Positions 50,994 to 60,121 of a stretch of DNA of 64,000 bases are shown piece by piece. The stretch spans positions 159,027-223,026 of the forward strand of contig JBKBRB010000002.1 in the NCBI GenBank assembly GCA_046292465.1, written 5' to 3'. The notes below the pieces were generated by a model. It saw only the letters and a program-made list of their open reading frames with translations. It was not told the origin of the DNA and did no database searches. Position 1 is the first letter of the stretch. Each line of letters begins with the position of its first letter. The translations under genes and the position numbers were made by a program. This DNA comes from Chloroherpetonaceae bacterium. Its GTDB lineage: Bacteria; Bacteroidota; Chlorobiia; Chlorobiales; Thermochlorobacteraceae.

Positions 50994-52784
50994 TTACTGT
51001 CCAAATTCTTTTTCAAACACGGCATCGTAAAAGCGTCGGAGTGCCGTTGTGTCGGTAACTGTTGGTGCGTCGGCGCGCACAATTACGCGATACATCGGAA
51101 TGGAGCAAAAGACAATTTTTCCCCGCGCTTGTCCTGCCTGCCGATAGGTGCGGCGCGAAACCACAAAGCGCGACGCCGTATCAAGTTGATTCTGCACAAT
51201 CATCGGAAACGAAAGCGGAAGGCTGTAAAGCGGCACAATGTCGTCAGGATTCTCTACGCTGAACTGCAAGGTATGCGCGCTGGTCGTGTAAGTGCCTGCG
51301 CGGAAATTGCCGTTGTAGGAAAGGCTTGGGAAGGTCGTATCGGCGACATCGCGCACGAGCGTTGCAAACTGCGGATTCGGCGTTTGAAATTGTGCTTGTG
51401 GCACAACCCTCGCTGAACTTGCGGGCGAAAACGAAAGCGAAAGCGCGTCTCTATCGCTTGAAGTGCCAATGGTCATCAGCACATCAACGCCGCTGCTGAG
51501 CACATCGGGCAATGCTAATTGCGCCGTCAGAAAAGACGGATTGTTGTCGGTATACCAAAACACTACATCGTAAAGCAACAAGAGTTTTTTGAGCACGTCG
51601 GGCGAACTGTTTTGAATCGCCTGCCTGCGCAATCGCTCTAAGGTTGCTGAGCCTAACGGGTTCGGCGAAATGATAGGGACTTTGAGCGTAATGACTTCAT
51701 AGCGCGTGGGATTCACATAGCGTCCGCCACGAATTTGATTGAACACTTCGGGCAGAACTCTTTCGGCGGGAAGCGGCGTACCTGCGGACGTGATAGCATC
51801 AAACGGGTCTCTATCGGCGGGTGCGAAATCGTCAATCATCACAAGCGGCGAACTTGAAAGCACTTTTGGCACCCAAACTGAATCCGCTCTTGGAATCCGA
51901 ATGACTGGGCTGGTTGCACCGGGCGCATCGACGGCGCGCGCATAAAGCACATTCGGCGCGTTCATTCGGTAATCAGGAAGGCGCGTTGGGAGCGGCGTAT
52001 TGCTCGAGCCAACATACACTTTGGCTTCGGTTACGCCTGCACTTTTTGGCGTCGCGCTTTCCAAAATCACGGTTAAATCTTGTGAGAAAATTGGAATCTC
52101 AATCGTCTTATTTGTGGGAAAAGTAGAATCGTTGAGGCACAGTTGAACGCCACGAAGCGTGTTCAGTCCATCTCTATCGCTGGCTCTGAACTCAAATTGC
52201 GTTACGGGAAGCGAAGTATCGGGAACAAGCGTCAAAAATCGTTGAACTAATTCAGGCGGAGAATTGCGCACGGGAAAGGTAACGCGCGCAGGCGTTTCAT
52301 CAATACTGCCAATATCGATAAACGGCTCGCCTTCGTCATAGCGTCCGTTCCGATTCGCATCGGTGAAGGGCTCTCTGCCGAAATTGATATTGCCGCGAAT
52401 GAGCGCAGTGTCGTAGCGACCATTTCCGTTGTCCAAACGCACGGCGGCAACAAAGAGCGTGAACGTCGTGTCTAAGGAGAAGAAGGTTAAGCGAAATGTG
52501 CTGTCTTGGCGCGTCGTGAAGGCTGAAGAAGTATCTGTTCCCCAACGCGTTGAGTCAAAGGTGAGCATAAATCCGCCGACAAATCCGTCAGCCACTGCTC
52601 CCGACCAGTTCAGCGTTACGGTGCCTTGCAAATTCACAAAAATGCGTTCGGTTACGACGCTTGTTTCAGGATTCGAGAACGTGTTTGGCTTGTTAATCGG
52701 ATTTTCTTCGCACGCCGAAAGCGCAATCATCAAAAGAATCAACAGTCCTACGATGCGATTTTGGCGATAGGTGTTCAGGCACAT
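50994..52784 (-). CDS. hypothetical lipoprotein (596 aa)
   Basis: The lipobox is ALSAC. I recognise no domain. It is the first gene of the tight four-gene block ending at 45728. Confidence 0.55.
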   Translation of the reverse strand: MCLNTYRQNRIVGLLILLMIALSACEENPINKPNTFSNPETSVVTERIFVNLQGTVTLNWSGAVADGFVGGFMLTFDSTRWGTDTSSAFTTRQDSTFRLTFFSLDTTFTLFVAAVRLDNGNGRYDTALIRGNINFGREPFTDANRNGRYDEGEPFIDIGSIDETPARVTFPVRNSPPELVQRFLTLVPDTSLPVTQFEFRASDRDGLNTLRGVQLCLNDSTFPTNKTIEIPIFSQDLTVILESATPKSAGVTEAKVYVGSSNTPLPTRLPDYRMNAPNVLYARAVDAPGATSPVIRIPRADSVWVPKVLSSSPLVMIDDFAPADRDPFDAITSAGTPLPAERVLPEVFNQIRGGRYVNPTRYEVITLKVPIISPNPLGSATLERLRRQAIQNSSPDVLKKLLLLYDVVFWYTDNNPSFLTAQLALPDVLSSGVDVLMTIGTSSDRDALSLSFSPASSARVVPQAQFQTPNPQFATLVRDVADTTFPSLSYNGNFRAGTYTTSAHTLQFSVENPDDIVPLYSLPLSFPMIVQNQLDTASRFVVSRRTYRQAGQARGKIVFCSIPMYRVIVRADAPTVTDTTALRRFYDAVFEKEFGQ

Positions 52785-52911
52785 TCTTGTTCAAATTGAA
52801 TTTTGATACCTTTGATTTGCACATCGGCTTGGTTCAATAGGAGCCGCCCCCTCCTTTGAGCGACTCCCACGAACACATTTCCTTTTCGCTACTCTGAAGC
52901 GAAGCATTAAG

Positions 52912-52999
52912 GAGTTAAGAGTTGATAGTGAAAAGTTAAAAGCGCGTTCAGCTCTTAATTCTTCACTCTTAACTTTGAACTCACTTGGATTCCTCACTC
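52912..52999 (-). repeat. about 88-bp hairpin-forming intergenic repeat, copy B (inverted relative to copy A)
   Basis: Its reverse complement reads GAGTGAGGAATCCAAGTGAGTTCAAAGTTAAGAGTGAAGAATTAAGAGCTGAACGCGCTTTTAACTTTTCACTATCAACTCTTAACTC. Like copy A, it lies about 80 nt 3' of a T9SS-cargo gene and in the same gene-relative orientation. Confidence 0.85.
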
Positions 53000-53080
53000 C
53001 GTTCGGAATGGCAACTCGCCGCACCGCGTCATTCTGAGCGAAGCGAAGAATCCAATCTGGTTTTACTTCATTAAAAGACT

Positions 53081-55384
53081 TTACTTCACCAATAGCATTT
53101 TCTTCGTTTGCATAAACGAGCCTGCCTTCAAGCGATAGAAGTAAATGCCGCTTGCAAGGTTTGCGGCATTGAACGGCACTTGATAAGAGCCTTGTCCTTG
53201 CGCCGCATTGACGAGCGTTGCGACTTCGCGTCCGAGAACATCATAGACTTTAAGCGTTACATCGGCGCGTTCGGGCAATTCGTAGCGAATCATCGTGATG
53301 GGGTTAAACGGATTCGGATAGTTTTGCGCGAGTGAGAATTGCTTCGGCGTTGGGTTGACTTTTTCGTTGGTGAAGAGATAGCCTGCATAGTCGCCTGTGC
53401 GGCGCGGCGTGAGTTTGTATTGGCTGAACGAGAAGAAGTGAATGCCGCGTAATTCTGCAAATCGGTCGCCCACGCGCACCGTGTCTGCATTAGGATTAAC
53501 AGGAGTGGCTGTGCCGCCGCCACGAAAATCCCAGCCTGAAAGGTCATCGACCAAGTAGTCGTCCGTCGTGGTAGCGTTTTGTTGGCGAATGGCAAATTCT
53601 TGTCCTGCCAGTCTGGTGCGCGTTACTTCGACGTTATTGACTTGAACGAGCATGCCTTCGAAGCGTTCGCTACGCACGCGAAGCGTATCGGTGGTCAGCA
53701 CAAGCGGCGTAATCGGTGTGGTGGCTGTTCCGATTTTCGTAATAGAGCCGCCTGCTGATTGGCGTGCGTCGATTTGCGTGTAGTTGAACGATTCGCGCAC
53801 AATGCCTGTAACTTCCACCGAGTCGTTGCGCACGATTTGTCCTGCGGGCGTTGTGTAGCCGTTAAGCACCACGCGCACGCCGCTAAAGATGCCGCGTCCG
53901 TCTTGAATGTGAATCGCAATCGGCGCATTAGTCGGCGTTTCATTAAGGTTATCAAGCGAATCTGCCGTTACGGTGCCGCGCACGGTTACCGTTTGGTTAA
54001 GAAGTGGCGAGACGACGTTGCTCGTTACAGGGTTGTCGTAAGGCGAAAACTGCACATCGAAAATGCCTGTGGAGTTCGCAAAGCGGAAGAAGTTTTTCGC
54101 TTGCGCCGTGTCTCTATCCAACACCGAAAGATTATTGCTTCCAATGGCTTTAACGAAGTAATTGACAAATGTGCCTGCAGGAAAACCGGGAATGATTGCC
54201 GTCCAAACTGAATCATTCGTGGTGCTACGGGTTGCACTGACCGTCGTGTAAGGTCCAGCAAAGTTTCTATCGGGCAATGTGGTTGTGGTGTTGTAGAAGA
54301 CTTGCACTGCCACCACGCTGTCGCTTGCATTTGGCATAGAAACAGTTGTTGTAATGGTTACAGCGGTGTTGGGTGGTGGCACTGCCAAATTGCGAACCAC
54401 AGAGGCAATCACAGGCGGAAGCGACGGTGCCAGCACAATGTCGGTTGCTCGGAAGGGGTGCAGCCGCCAAGTTCTGCCGCGCGGACCTGATGGTGGTGGG
54501 TTCCAAGTGTCGACCACCAACGCACCATTTGAGCGCACTTTGGAGAGAATACCTGTGATGCTCAAAATTGTCGCACCGTTTGGCGGAAGTGGGTCAGGAT
54601 TAGCAACGCCGCCCGCATTTCCTGCGGTGCTTCGGAAAAATTTGGAGTTGTCCCCTATTGGAAGCGCAAGCACGCCCGTTTGCGAGGTTGCAAGCGGTTT
54701 CGTTACATACCATTCAGGATATCGCCCATTTGAACCAATCACTTGGCTTGGCACGACGGCTGTCATCGGACCGGTAATGCGCACAATCGCACCGTCATAT
54801 TTTTCAGCCAACATATCCATGTTACCATCTGTCTTAAAGAGCGAATCCAATGGAATTTCAAGCGTATCGGGAAGCGGAAGCGGATTGGAAAGCGGATTAT
54901 CGAGGTCGAGCGAGGTAAAGTTAATTTTATCCAATTCAACCGTGTGATGATAGCCAAGCGGCGAACCAAACGCACTACGAATTCTCGCCGTCAGTTTAAT
55001 CACTTCGCCGCGTGGCACATTGAAGAGGCTTGAATCTCGGTTGCCCGCTATGCCAACATCATCAGAAACTTGAATCGCACCGAAGTTCGGCAGTTTATTT
55101 CCATTGACGCGCGCCGTATCGGCAATGTAGATAAGCGCACGGCTTGTACTTCCACCTGTCAGAACATCAAACGATTGGTCTGCCGACCAAATCACTTGTC
55201 CAATCACCGTTACGGTATCGCCGTAGTTGTTTGAGAAATATGGTGCCAGCGGTGTTGCATTGAACCAATTTGCCAGTGAATCGGGGTTTGTCTGTTTGAG
55301 CTGCGTAACGGGCGTCAAGGTTTGCGCCATTGTGCTCAGGCTCATGAGCGTCAGCAGAGAGATAAGGGTTACAAGTTTTCGCAT
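53081..55384 (-). CDS. secreted multi-module protein with T9SS C-terminal sorting domain (OB-like modules, no catalytic domain recognised)
   Basis: A signal peptide is present. Repeated G-x-x-V-x-V-x-G modules include GDTVTVIGQVIW, NQTVTVRGTVTA and NDSVEVTGIVRESFNYTQIDAR. The CTD reads NYPNPFNPITMIRY...VYDVLGREVATLV...GIYFYRLK...KKMLLVK. Confidence 0.7.
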   Translation of the reverse strand: MRKLVTLISLLTLMSLSTMAQTLTPVTQLKQTNPDSLANWFNATPLAPYFSNNYGDTVTVIGQVIWSADQSFDVLTGGSTSRALIYIADTARVNGNKLPNFGAIQVSDDVGIAGNRDSSLFNVPRGEVIKLTARIRSAFGSPLGYHHTVELDKINFTSLDLDNPLSNPLPLPDTLEIPLDSLFKTDGNMDMLAEKYDGAIVRITGPMTAVVPSQVIGSNGRYPEWYVTKPLATSQTGVLALPIGDNSKFFRSTAGNAGGVANPDPLPPNGATILSITGILSKVRSNGALVVDTWNPPPSGPRGRTWRLHPFRATDIVLAPSLPPVIASVVRNLAVPPPNTAVTITTTVSMPNASDSVVAVQVFYNTTTTLPDRNFAGPYTTVSATRSTTNDSVWTAIIPGFPAGTFVNYFVKAIGSNNLSVLDRDTAQAKNFFRFANSTGIFDVQFSPYDNPVTSNVVSPLLNQTVTVRGTVTADSLDNLNETPTNAPIAIHIQDGRGIFSGVRVVLNGYTTPAGQIVRNDSVEVTGIVRESFNYTQIDARQSAGGSITKIGTATTPITPLVLTTDTLRVRSERFEGMLVQVNNVEVTRTRLAGQEFAIRQQNATTTDDYLVDDLSGWDFRGGGTATPVNPNADTVRVGDRFAELRGIHFFSFSQYKLTPRRTGDYAGYLFTNEKVNPTPKQFSLAQNYPNPFNPITMIRYELPERADVTLKVYDVLGREVATLVNAAQGQGSYQVPFNAANLASGIYFYRLKAGSFMQTKKMLLVK

Positions 55385-55412
55385 TGTTCCGAAAGTTTAA
55401 GTTAAAGAGAGA

Positions 55413-57497
55413 TTACCTAACGACTGCAAATCGACCTGTTTTCACATCGCCGTTGCGCAGATTTTTCACGGCGACGATGTACAGCCCTGTCGAGAGGGCT
55501 TGGTCAGATTTGCTGAAAATATCCCAAGCCGCTTCGCCACCTGAAAAGGCTCGGCGGTTGGATTGATTGCCGAAAAGGTCGTTCCAGCGGTTATCTCCGC
55601 CAGTATATGTTTTTGCATTATGGGTAAATCGGTCAATCACATCGCCTGCCACCGTGAAGATGGTAATTTCACATTCAGGTGGAAGGTTCGTGAAGTAAAT
55701 TTTTTGTTCGCGTCGATTCGGTCCGCTCCACGCCGCACGCACGTAGAAGGGGTTCGGATAAATGCCAATCGCATCTTCCTTGCGCTCCGTTGGCGTTTTG
55801 CCCGGAATTGCCGTCGTGAAGTTTGTCGAGCGAGCGGATTCTAAACTTTCCAAGCCAATGGCAGTATTGCCTGAATCAAACGCCGTTACATTGAACGCAT
55901 ACTGCCAACCGTTCAAGAGGTTATTGAATTCATATTTGTAGAAATACTGATTGGTGTCGCCTTCGAAGGTGATGGGCGTAGGCAGTTTGATGGCGTTGAA
56001 GCCGTTATCGAAGCCGATGTTGTTGTTGGGTTGGTCGAATTGTGCAACGAGTCGGAGCGAGAAGGCTAATCCTTCGCGGCTGCGGTCGTCGCCCGGATTG
56101 GTGCGGTAAATGCGATAGCCTTCAAAATCTCTGACGCCTGAAAGCAAATCGACCGATTCTTCGGCAGATTTATCCCAATAGAGCGTAACCTTGCGGTCTT
56201 CGGGCACAACGCGATAGCGCGGCGACTTAGGCGGCGAAGGCAAAAGGAATCGGCGAATAATGCCGTCGCCGTTCAAATCTTCTTCGGGCTCGAGAATGCC
56301 ATTGCCATTTCGGTCGTTACCGTTGAAGGTGCGTTGCGCAAGGTCAAGGTTATTGATGAGCGTGAGGCGGGCTTCGGGCTTATCGTCGACATAGTCCGCA
56401 ACGCTCGACGCATTTCGCGCAACCACAGCGGCAAACGAAATCGTAATCGTGTCGCCTGGCATCAAGGTTGGGAACGGTCCAACGGATAAGAGTTCCAGGC
56501 GGTTGCCCGGCTGAGTGCGCAAGGCTTGACGAATCGAGGCACTGTCGGGGCTGTCAAAGAGCCGTGTGCGCATGCGATTAAATCGGTCGAAGTCGTCGCT
56601 CGGCGGACCGGGCACAAACGGGTCTGTCGCAAAAGCCCACGCTTGAAAATTCGCTCTGAACCCATCTACAAGTCCGGGACGGAAGAGTCGACCTTTATAT
56701 TCCGCACCTAAAAACTTCATTGAAAAGTAACTTTGCGTTTCTGATGGTTCGCCTGCGAGGTCAAATTTGTAAGTCGCATCGAGCGAATCGAGATAGCCAC
56801 CTGCGGCACGGTTGAAAAACGCCGTTCCTTGTGGTGCGACAAGCCGCGTGTTTCGCACAATCGAGTTTTGGAACATTCCAATATGCGGCAACACTAAGGA
56901 ATCGTTGCTTCGGTTGACAATCGTATAGTTCAAAATCACGAAGAAGTTAGCGAACTCAAAATTCCATGCGTAATGCTCTGCTCGAACCGCAATGCGCAAA
57001 GGGTTGTGCTGTGGAATAGCACCTGTTGCACCGGGGCGAATCAAAACCGAATCGGTAAATTCTGCAATCAAATCTTGATGGCTAATCGCGTTGGGATTGA
57101 AGAAGGGACTTTCAATTAACGATGAGCGTTGAATCAAGCCGCGTGCGGTGGCGTCAGTAAATTCGTAGCCTGCGGTGTTGGGGTTTCCTGTGCTTGAGCC
57201 TGTTTGAACGACTGCGCCCGTCGTTACTTTGGAAATGCCGCCTTGAATTGCGCCAACCCAAAGCCCCGCGTTGAACAAATGCTCAATTTGCGAACCTGTC
57301 GGATATTCACACGATGGAATTTGAGGAAAAAATCGGAAGCCGTTTCCAATCACGCCGTAGTTTGTGATTCCAAGTCGAATCAACCCTACATTTGTTGTTT
57401 TCTGTTCGTCAAACAGTTGCGCGAAAGCAACCTGCCCGAAGAAAACACACCAAACCAAAAGTGTGCAGAATTTCAAGTATAAACTCTGAAGTCTCAA
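55413..57497 (-). CDS. secreted hypothetical protein with Ca-binding-like DxDxDG loop and FlgD-Ig/T9SS-like C-terminal domain
   Basis: The signal peptide ends in VAFAQ. NGNDRNGNGILEPEEDLNGDGII is present. The C-terminus reads CEITIFTVAGDVIDRF...WDIFSKSDQALSTGLYIVAVKNL...RFAVVR. Confidence 0.6.
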   Translation of the reverse strand: MRLQSLYLKFCTLLVWCVFFGQVAFAQLFDEQKTTNVGLIRLGITNYGVIGNGFRFFPQIPSCEYPTGSQIEHLFNAGLWVGAIQGGISKVTTGAVVQTGSSTGNPNTAGYEFTDATARGLIQRSSLIESPFFNPNAISHQDLIAEFTDSVLIRPGATGAIPQHNPLRIAVRAEHYAWNFEFANFFVILNYTIVNRSNDSLVLPHIGMFQNSIVRNTRLVAPQGTAFFNRAAGGYLDSLDATYKFDLAGEPSETQSYFSMKFLGAEYKGRLFRPGLVDGFRANFQAWAFATDPFVPGPPSDDFDRFNRMRTRLFDSPDSASIRQALRTQPGNRLELLSVGPFPTLMPGDTITISFAAVVARNASSVADYVDDKPEARLTLINNLDLAQRTFNGNDRNGNGILEPEEDLNGDGIIRRFLLPSPPKSPRYRVVPEDRKVTLYWDKSAEESVDLLSGVRDFEGYRIYRTNPGDDRSREGLAFSLRLVAQFDQPNNNIGFDNGFNAIKLPTPITFEGDTNQYFYKYEFNNLLNGWQYAFNVTAFDSGNTAIGLESLESARSTNFTTAIPGKTPTERKEDAIGIYPNPFYVRAAWSGPNRREQKIYFTNLPPECEITIFTVAGDVIDRFTHNAKTYTGGDNRWNDLFGNQSNRRAFSGGEAAWDIFSKSDQALSTGLYIVAVKNLRNGDVKTGRFAVVR

Positions 57498-57659
57498 AGT
57501 TGGCGATGCTGGTTAGGTGAACTGCAATACGGCATTCAAGATAGGAAAGCCCTCTGAAAAATAAAGTTAAGGAATTGTTAAAAGTCGGGTGATACTGGCA
57601 CAGGATTTCTTGATATGGCTTGAAATTACACAGCGATGCACAGTGTTTAATCTCAATCT

Positions 57660-58487
57660 TTGATAGTTGAAGTCCATCAAAATACAGTCATCTTGACCAT
57701 TGACGAAAAACGCGCTCGCCTCTTTCTCATTCTCGGAATGTTTTTCATCACGAATGCGCTTTTAGGTGAGTTTGCTGGCACGAAAGTTTTTTCGCTCGAA
57801 GCCACGCTTGGGCTTTCGCCGGCAGATTTATCGCTCTTCGGTATTGAGCATTTGTCGTTCAATCTCACGGCGGGGGTGATTGCGTGGCCTTTGGTGTTTG
57901 TGCTCACCGATATTATCAATGAATACTTTGGACGTCGCGGCGTGCGCATTATTTCTTTCATCGCCGCCGGCTTGATTGCTTATTCCTTCATTCTCATTTA
58001 CATCACGATTCGGCTTTCGCCTGCCGACTTCTGGCAGTTTCGCGTGGAAGAGGGGGAACGGCTAAACATGAGCCTCGCCTACAACGCCATTTTCGGACAA
58101 GGCTTGTGGATTATCGTCGGCTCATTGGTTGCGTTTTTGATTGGGCAGTTTCTTGATGTTACGGTATTTGAATTTTTCAAGTCAAAAACTGGTAGCGCAA
58201 AAATTTGGCTTCGTGCAACCGGCTCAACGCTTGTTTCGCAACTTGTTGACAGTTTCGTTGTTTTGTTCATTGCGTTTTATCTCGGTGCGGGTTGGTCGCT
58301 TTCACAGGTGCTTGCCGTTTGCACCATGAACTACATTTACAAAGCCATCATTGCCATTTTCAGCACGCCTCTTCTTTACATTGCTCACTTCGCGATTGAC
58401 CGCTATCTCGGTATCACGACTGAACAGGCTTCATCTGAACCGCTTCTCGATTCCGAAACCGATATTGCGCCTAAAAAATTAAATTAA
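57660..58487 (+). CDS. queuosine-precursor transporter (YhhQ/DUF165 family)
   Basis: VFVLTDIINEYFGRRGVR and WLRATGSTLVSQLVDSFVVLFIAF are YhhQ hallmark segments. Only TTG codons (57660 or 57693) are available upstream of the first TM helix. Confidence 0.8.
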   Translation: MIVEVHQNTVILTIDEKRARLFLILGMFFITNALLGEFAGTKVFSLEATLGLSPADLSLFGIEHLSFNLTAGVIAWPLVFVLTDIINEYFGRRGVRIISFIAAGLIAYSFILIYITIRLSPADFWQFRVEEGERLNMSLAYNAIFGQGLWIIVGSLVAFLIGQFLDVTVFEFFKSKTGSAKIWLRATGSTLVSQLVDSFVVLFIAFYLGAGWSLSQVLAVCTMNYIYKAIIAIFSTPLLYIAHFAIDRYLGITTEQASSEPLLDSETDIAPKKLN

Positions 58488-58574
58488 CAGGCTAAACTGA
58501 ATCGCACCGTGTTTCGTTATATTTCACTGACTGAAAGAAGTTCATCTTCTTCAACGAAAAACCTAACTACAACT

Positions 58575-59102
58575 ATGGGCAAATCATTTGCACAGCAAGC
58601 GGCTGAAAATAAACCAAGCCTTTGGATTAATGTGAGTTTGATGTGGGGCACGGTTTTCTTCATTACGTCTATCTTCATGCTCAAACTCGCCAGCGCGACC
58701 TCTTTCTTGCCTGATTGGACCGATTCGCTTAAAGCCTATCTCTTTTATGTTGTTATGATTGTCATTGTCGCGCTTGGCGGCTATGGCGTGAACAAACTCT
58801 ACGACCCAAAAGGCGAAAAGCGCGCGAAGCGTCAAGCCGAAGTAAAATCGGGAATGAAAGAGCAGGTTTTTGTTTCGCTTTTTGGCAGTATCGCAACTGG
58901 CTTTGGGTTTTGCTTGCTCACGGCACTTTCGTTTTTGTGCGCAAAGTGGGCGATGCGTGTTCCAGCGGATTTCTCGATGCAACATGTTTTTGTTGCTGCT
59001 ATTTACAACATTGGTGCAGGTCTTGGCGGCTCGCTCTTTACGGGACTTATTTTCGTAGTGCTTAAAGCGATGGGAAAATTTCCGACCGAGCAATCGGCAT
59101 AA
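58575..59102 (+). CDS. hypothetical 4-TM membrane protein
   Basis: I chose the ATG at 58575 (MGKSFAQQAAENK); the track ORF starts at 58509 with GTG. Four hydrophobic helices are present. Confidence 0.5.
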   Translation: MGKSFAQQAAENKPSLWINVSLMWGTVFFITSIFMLKLASATSFLPDWTDSLKAYLFYVVMIVIVALGGYGVNKLYDPKGEKRAKRQAEVKSGMKEQVFVSLFGSIATGFGFCLLTALSFLCAKWAMRVPADFSMQHVFVAAIYNIGAGLGGSLFTGLIFVVLKAMGKFPTEQSA

Positions 59103-59141
59103 GTTTTTTTAACCTAACCTTTCAAACCTAACTTTATTTCA

Positions 59142-60056
59142 ATGGCATCGCTTATTCTTCTGGCCGTCATTCTTCTTGTGATTAGTTTCACCGCAGGTTC
59201 ATTCAATCCCGGCTTGCAGCGGTTTGCAATACTTTTTCGGATTGGCGGCATTGTTGTTTTGTTGCTTGGTCTTTCTTCCGCCTGTTTCCGTGTGATTCAG
59301 CCGGGAACGGTCGGCGTTCAAGTCTTTCTTGGAAAAATTCAAGGGGACGTGCTTACCGAAGGATTGAATTTTATTATTCCGTTTGCAAATGTCGACGAGT
59401 TCGATGTCAAGACGCGGAAAATTACGTTCTCGAGTAGTGAAGAAAGCGGTGATGGCGGTGGTGCAATTGAAGTGCTCAGTGCCGATGGACTGTCGGTTTC
59501 GATTGATATGACGCTCAACTATAAGCTCAATCCGTCTGAAGTGATGCGCGTTCGCAAGGAGCTTGGACCTGGGACAACGTATGTTGATGTTATTGTTGTA
59601 CCGACTGCGCGCACACGCATTCGCGAAAATGCTGCGAACTATAATGCCGTTGAACTGTATTCTGCTAAACGTGAAGAGTTCCAATCCAGAATCTACGAAG
59701 GCATTAAGCGCGACTTCGAAAAGCGTGGCATTATTTTAGAAGAGCTTTTAATTCGCAATATCGTTCTGCCCTCTTCTGTTAGAGCCGCGATTGAAGCCAA
59801 AATCAACGCTGAACAAGACGCGCAAAAAATGCAATTCGTGCTCCAAAAAGAACAGCAAGAAGCCGAGCGCAAGCGCGTAGAAGCGCAAGGGATTGCAGAC
59901 TATCAAACCATCATCAGTCGCTCTCTGACCGATAAACAACTTCAATACGAAAGCATCAAAGCCATGCAAGAACTTGTCAAATCACCGAACTCAAAAGTGA
60001 TTTTTATGGGTGGCGGCAAAGGCGCAGGCGCGTCGGTGCTTATCGGCGGGAATTAA
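59142..60056 (+). CDS. SPFH/band-7 (prohibitin-family) protein
   Basis: An N-terminal TM helix is followed by an SPFH core (VIQPGTVGVQVFLGKI...LSADGLSVSIDMTLNYKL) and a coiled-coil AEQDAQKMQFVLQKEQQEAERKRVEAQG. Confidence 0.85.
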   Translation: MASLILLAVILLVISFTAGSFNPGLQRFAILFRIGGIVVLLLGLSSACFRVIQPGTVGVQVFLGKIQGDVLTEGLNFIIPFANVDEFDVKTRKITFSSSEESGDGGGAIEVLSADGLSVSIDMTLNYKLNPSEVMRVRKELGPGTTYVDVIVVPTARTRIRENAANYNAVELYSAKREEFQSRIYEGIKRDFEKRGIILEELLIRNIVLPSSVRAAIEAKINAEQDAQKMQFVLQKEQQEAERKRVEAQGIADYQTIISRSLTDKQLQYESIKAMQELVKSPNSKVIFMGGGKGAGASVLIGGN

Positions 60057-60078
60057 CTTTTCAAGGCTAAAAAAATTT

Positions 60079-60110
60079 AGGGCGAGCCTCTCTCGCCCTT
60101 TTTTATTTTT
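60079..60110. terminator. bidirectional rho-independent terminator between the SPFH gene and recJ
   Basis: The AGGGCGAG / CTCGCCCT stem has loop CCTCT. It is followed by TTTTTTATTTTT and preceded by AAAAAAA. Confidence 0.85.
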
Positions 60111-60121
60111 ACTCCATCTTT

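Noticed and set aside
53759-54947. 150-aa and 197-aa plus-strand ORFs opposite the 767-aa cargo gene
   Set aside because: They are antisense to a gene with a signal peptide and canonical T9SS CTD, and their composition is Gly/Arg/Ser-rich shadow.
57540-57575. preQ1-I riboswitch upstream of yhhQ
   Set aside because: A CCCTCT plus A-rich tail is present, but no matching 5' AGAGGG stem or loop of about 11-13 nt exists. It is also about 90 nt from the nearest candidate start. A covariance search is needed for a firm answer.
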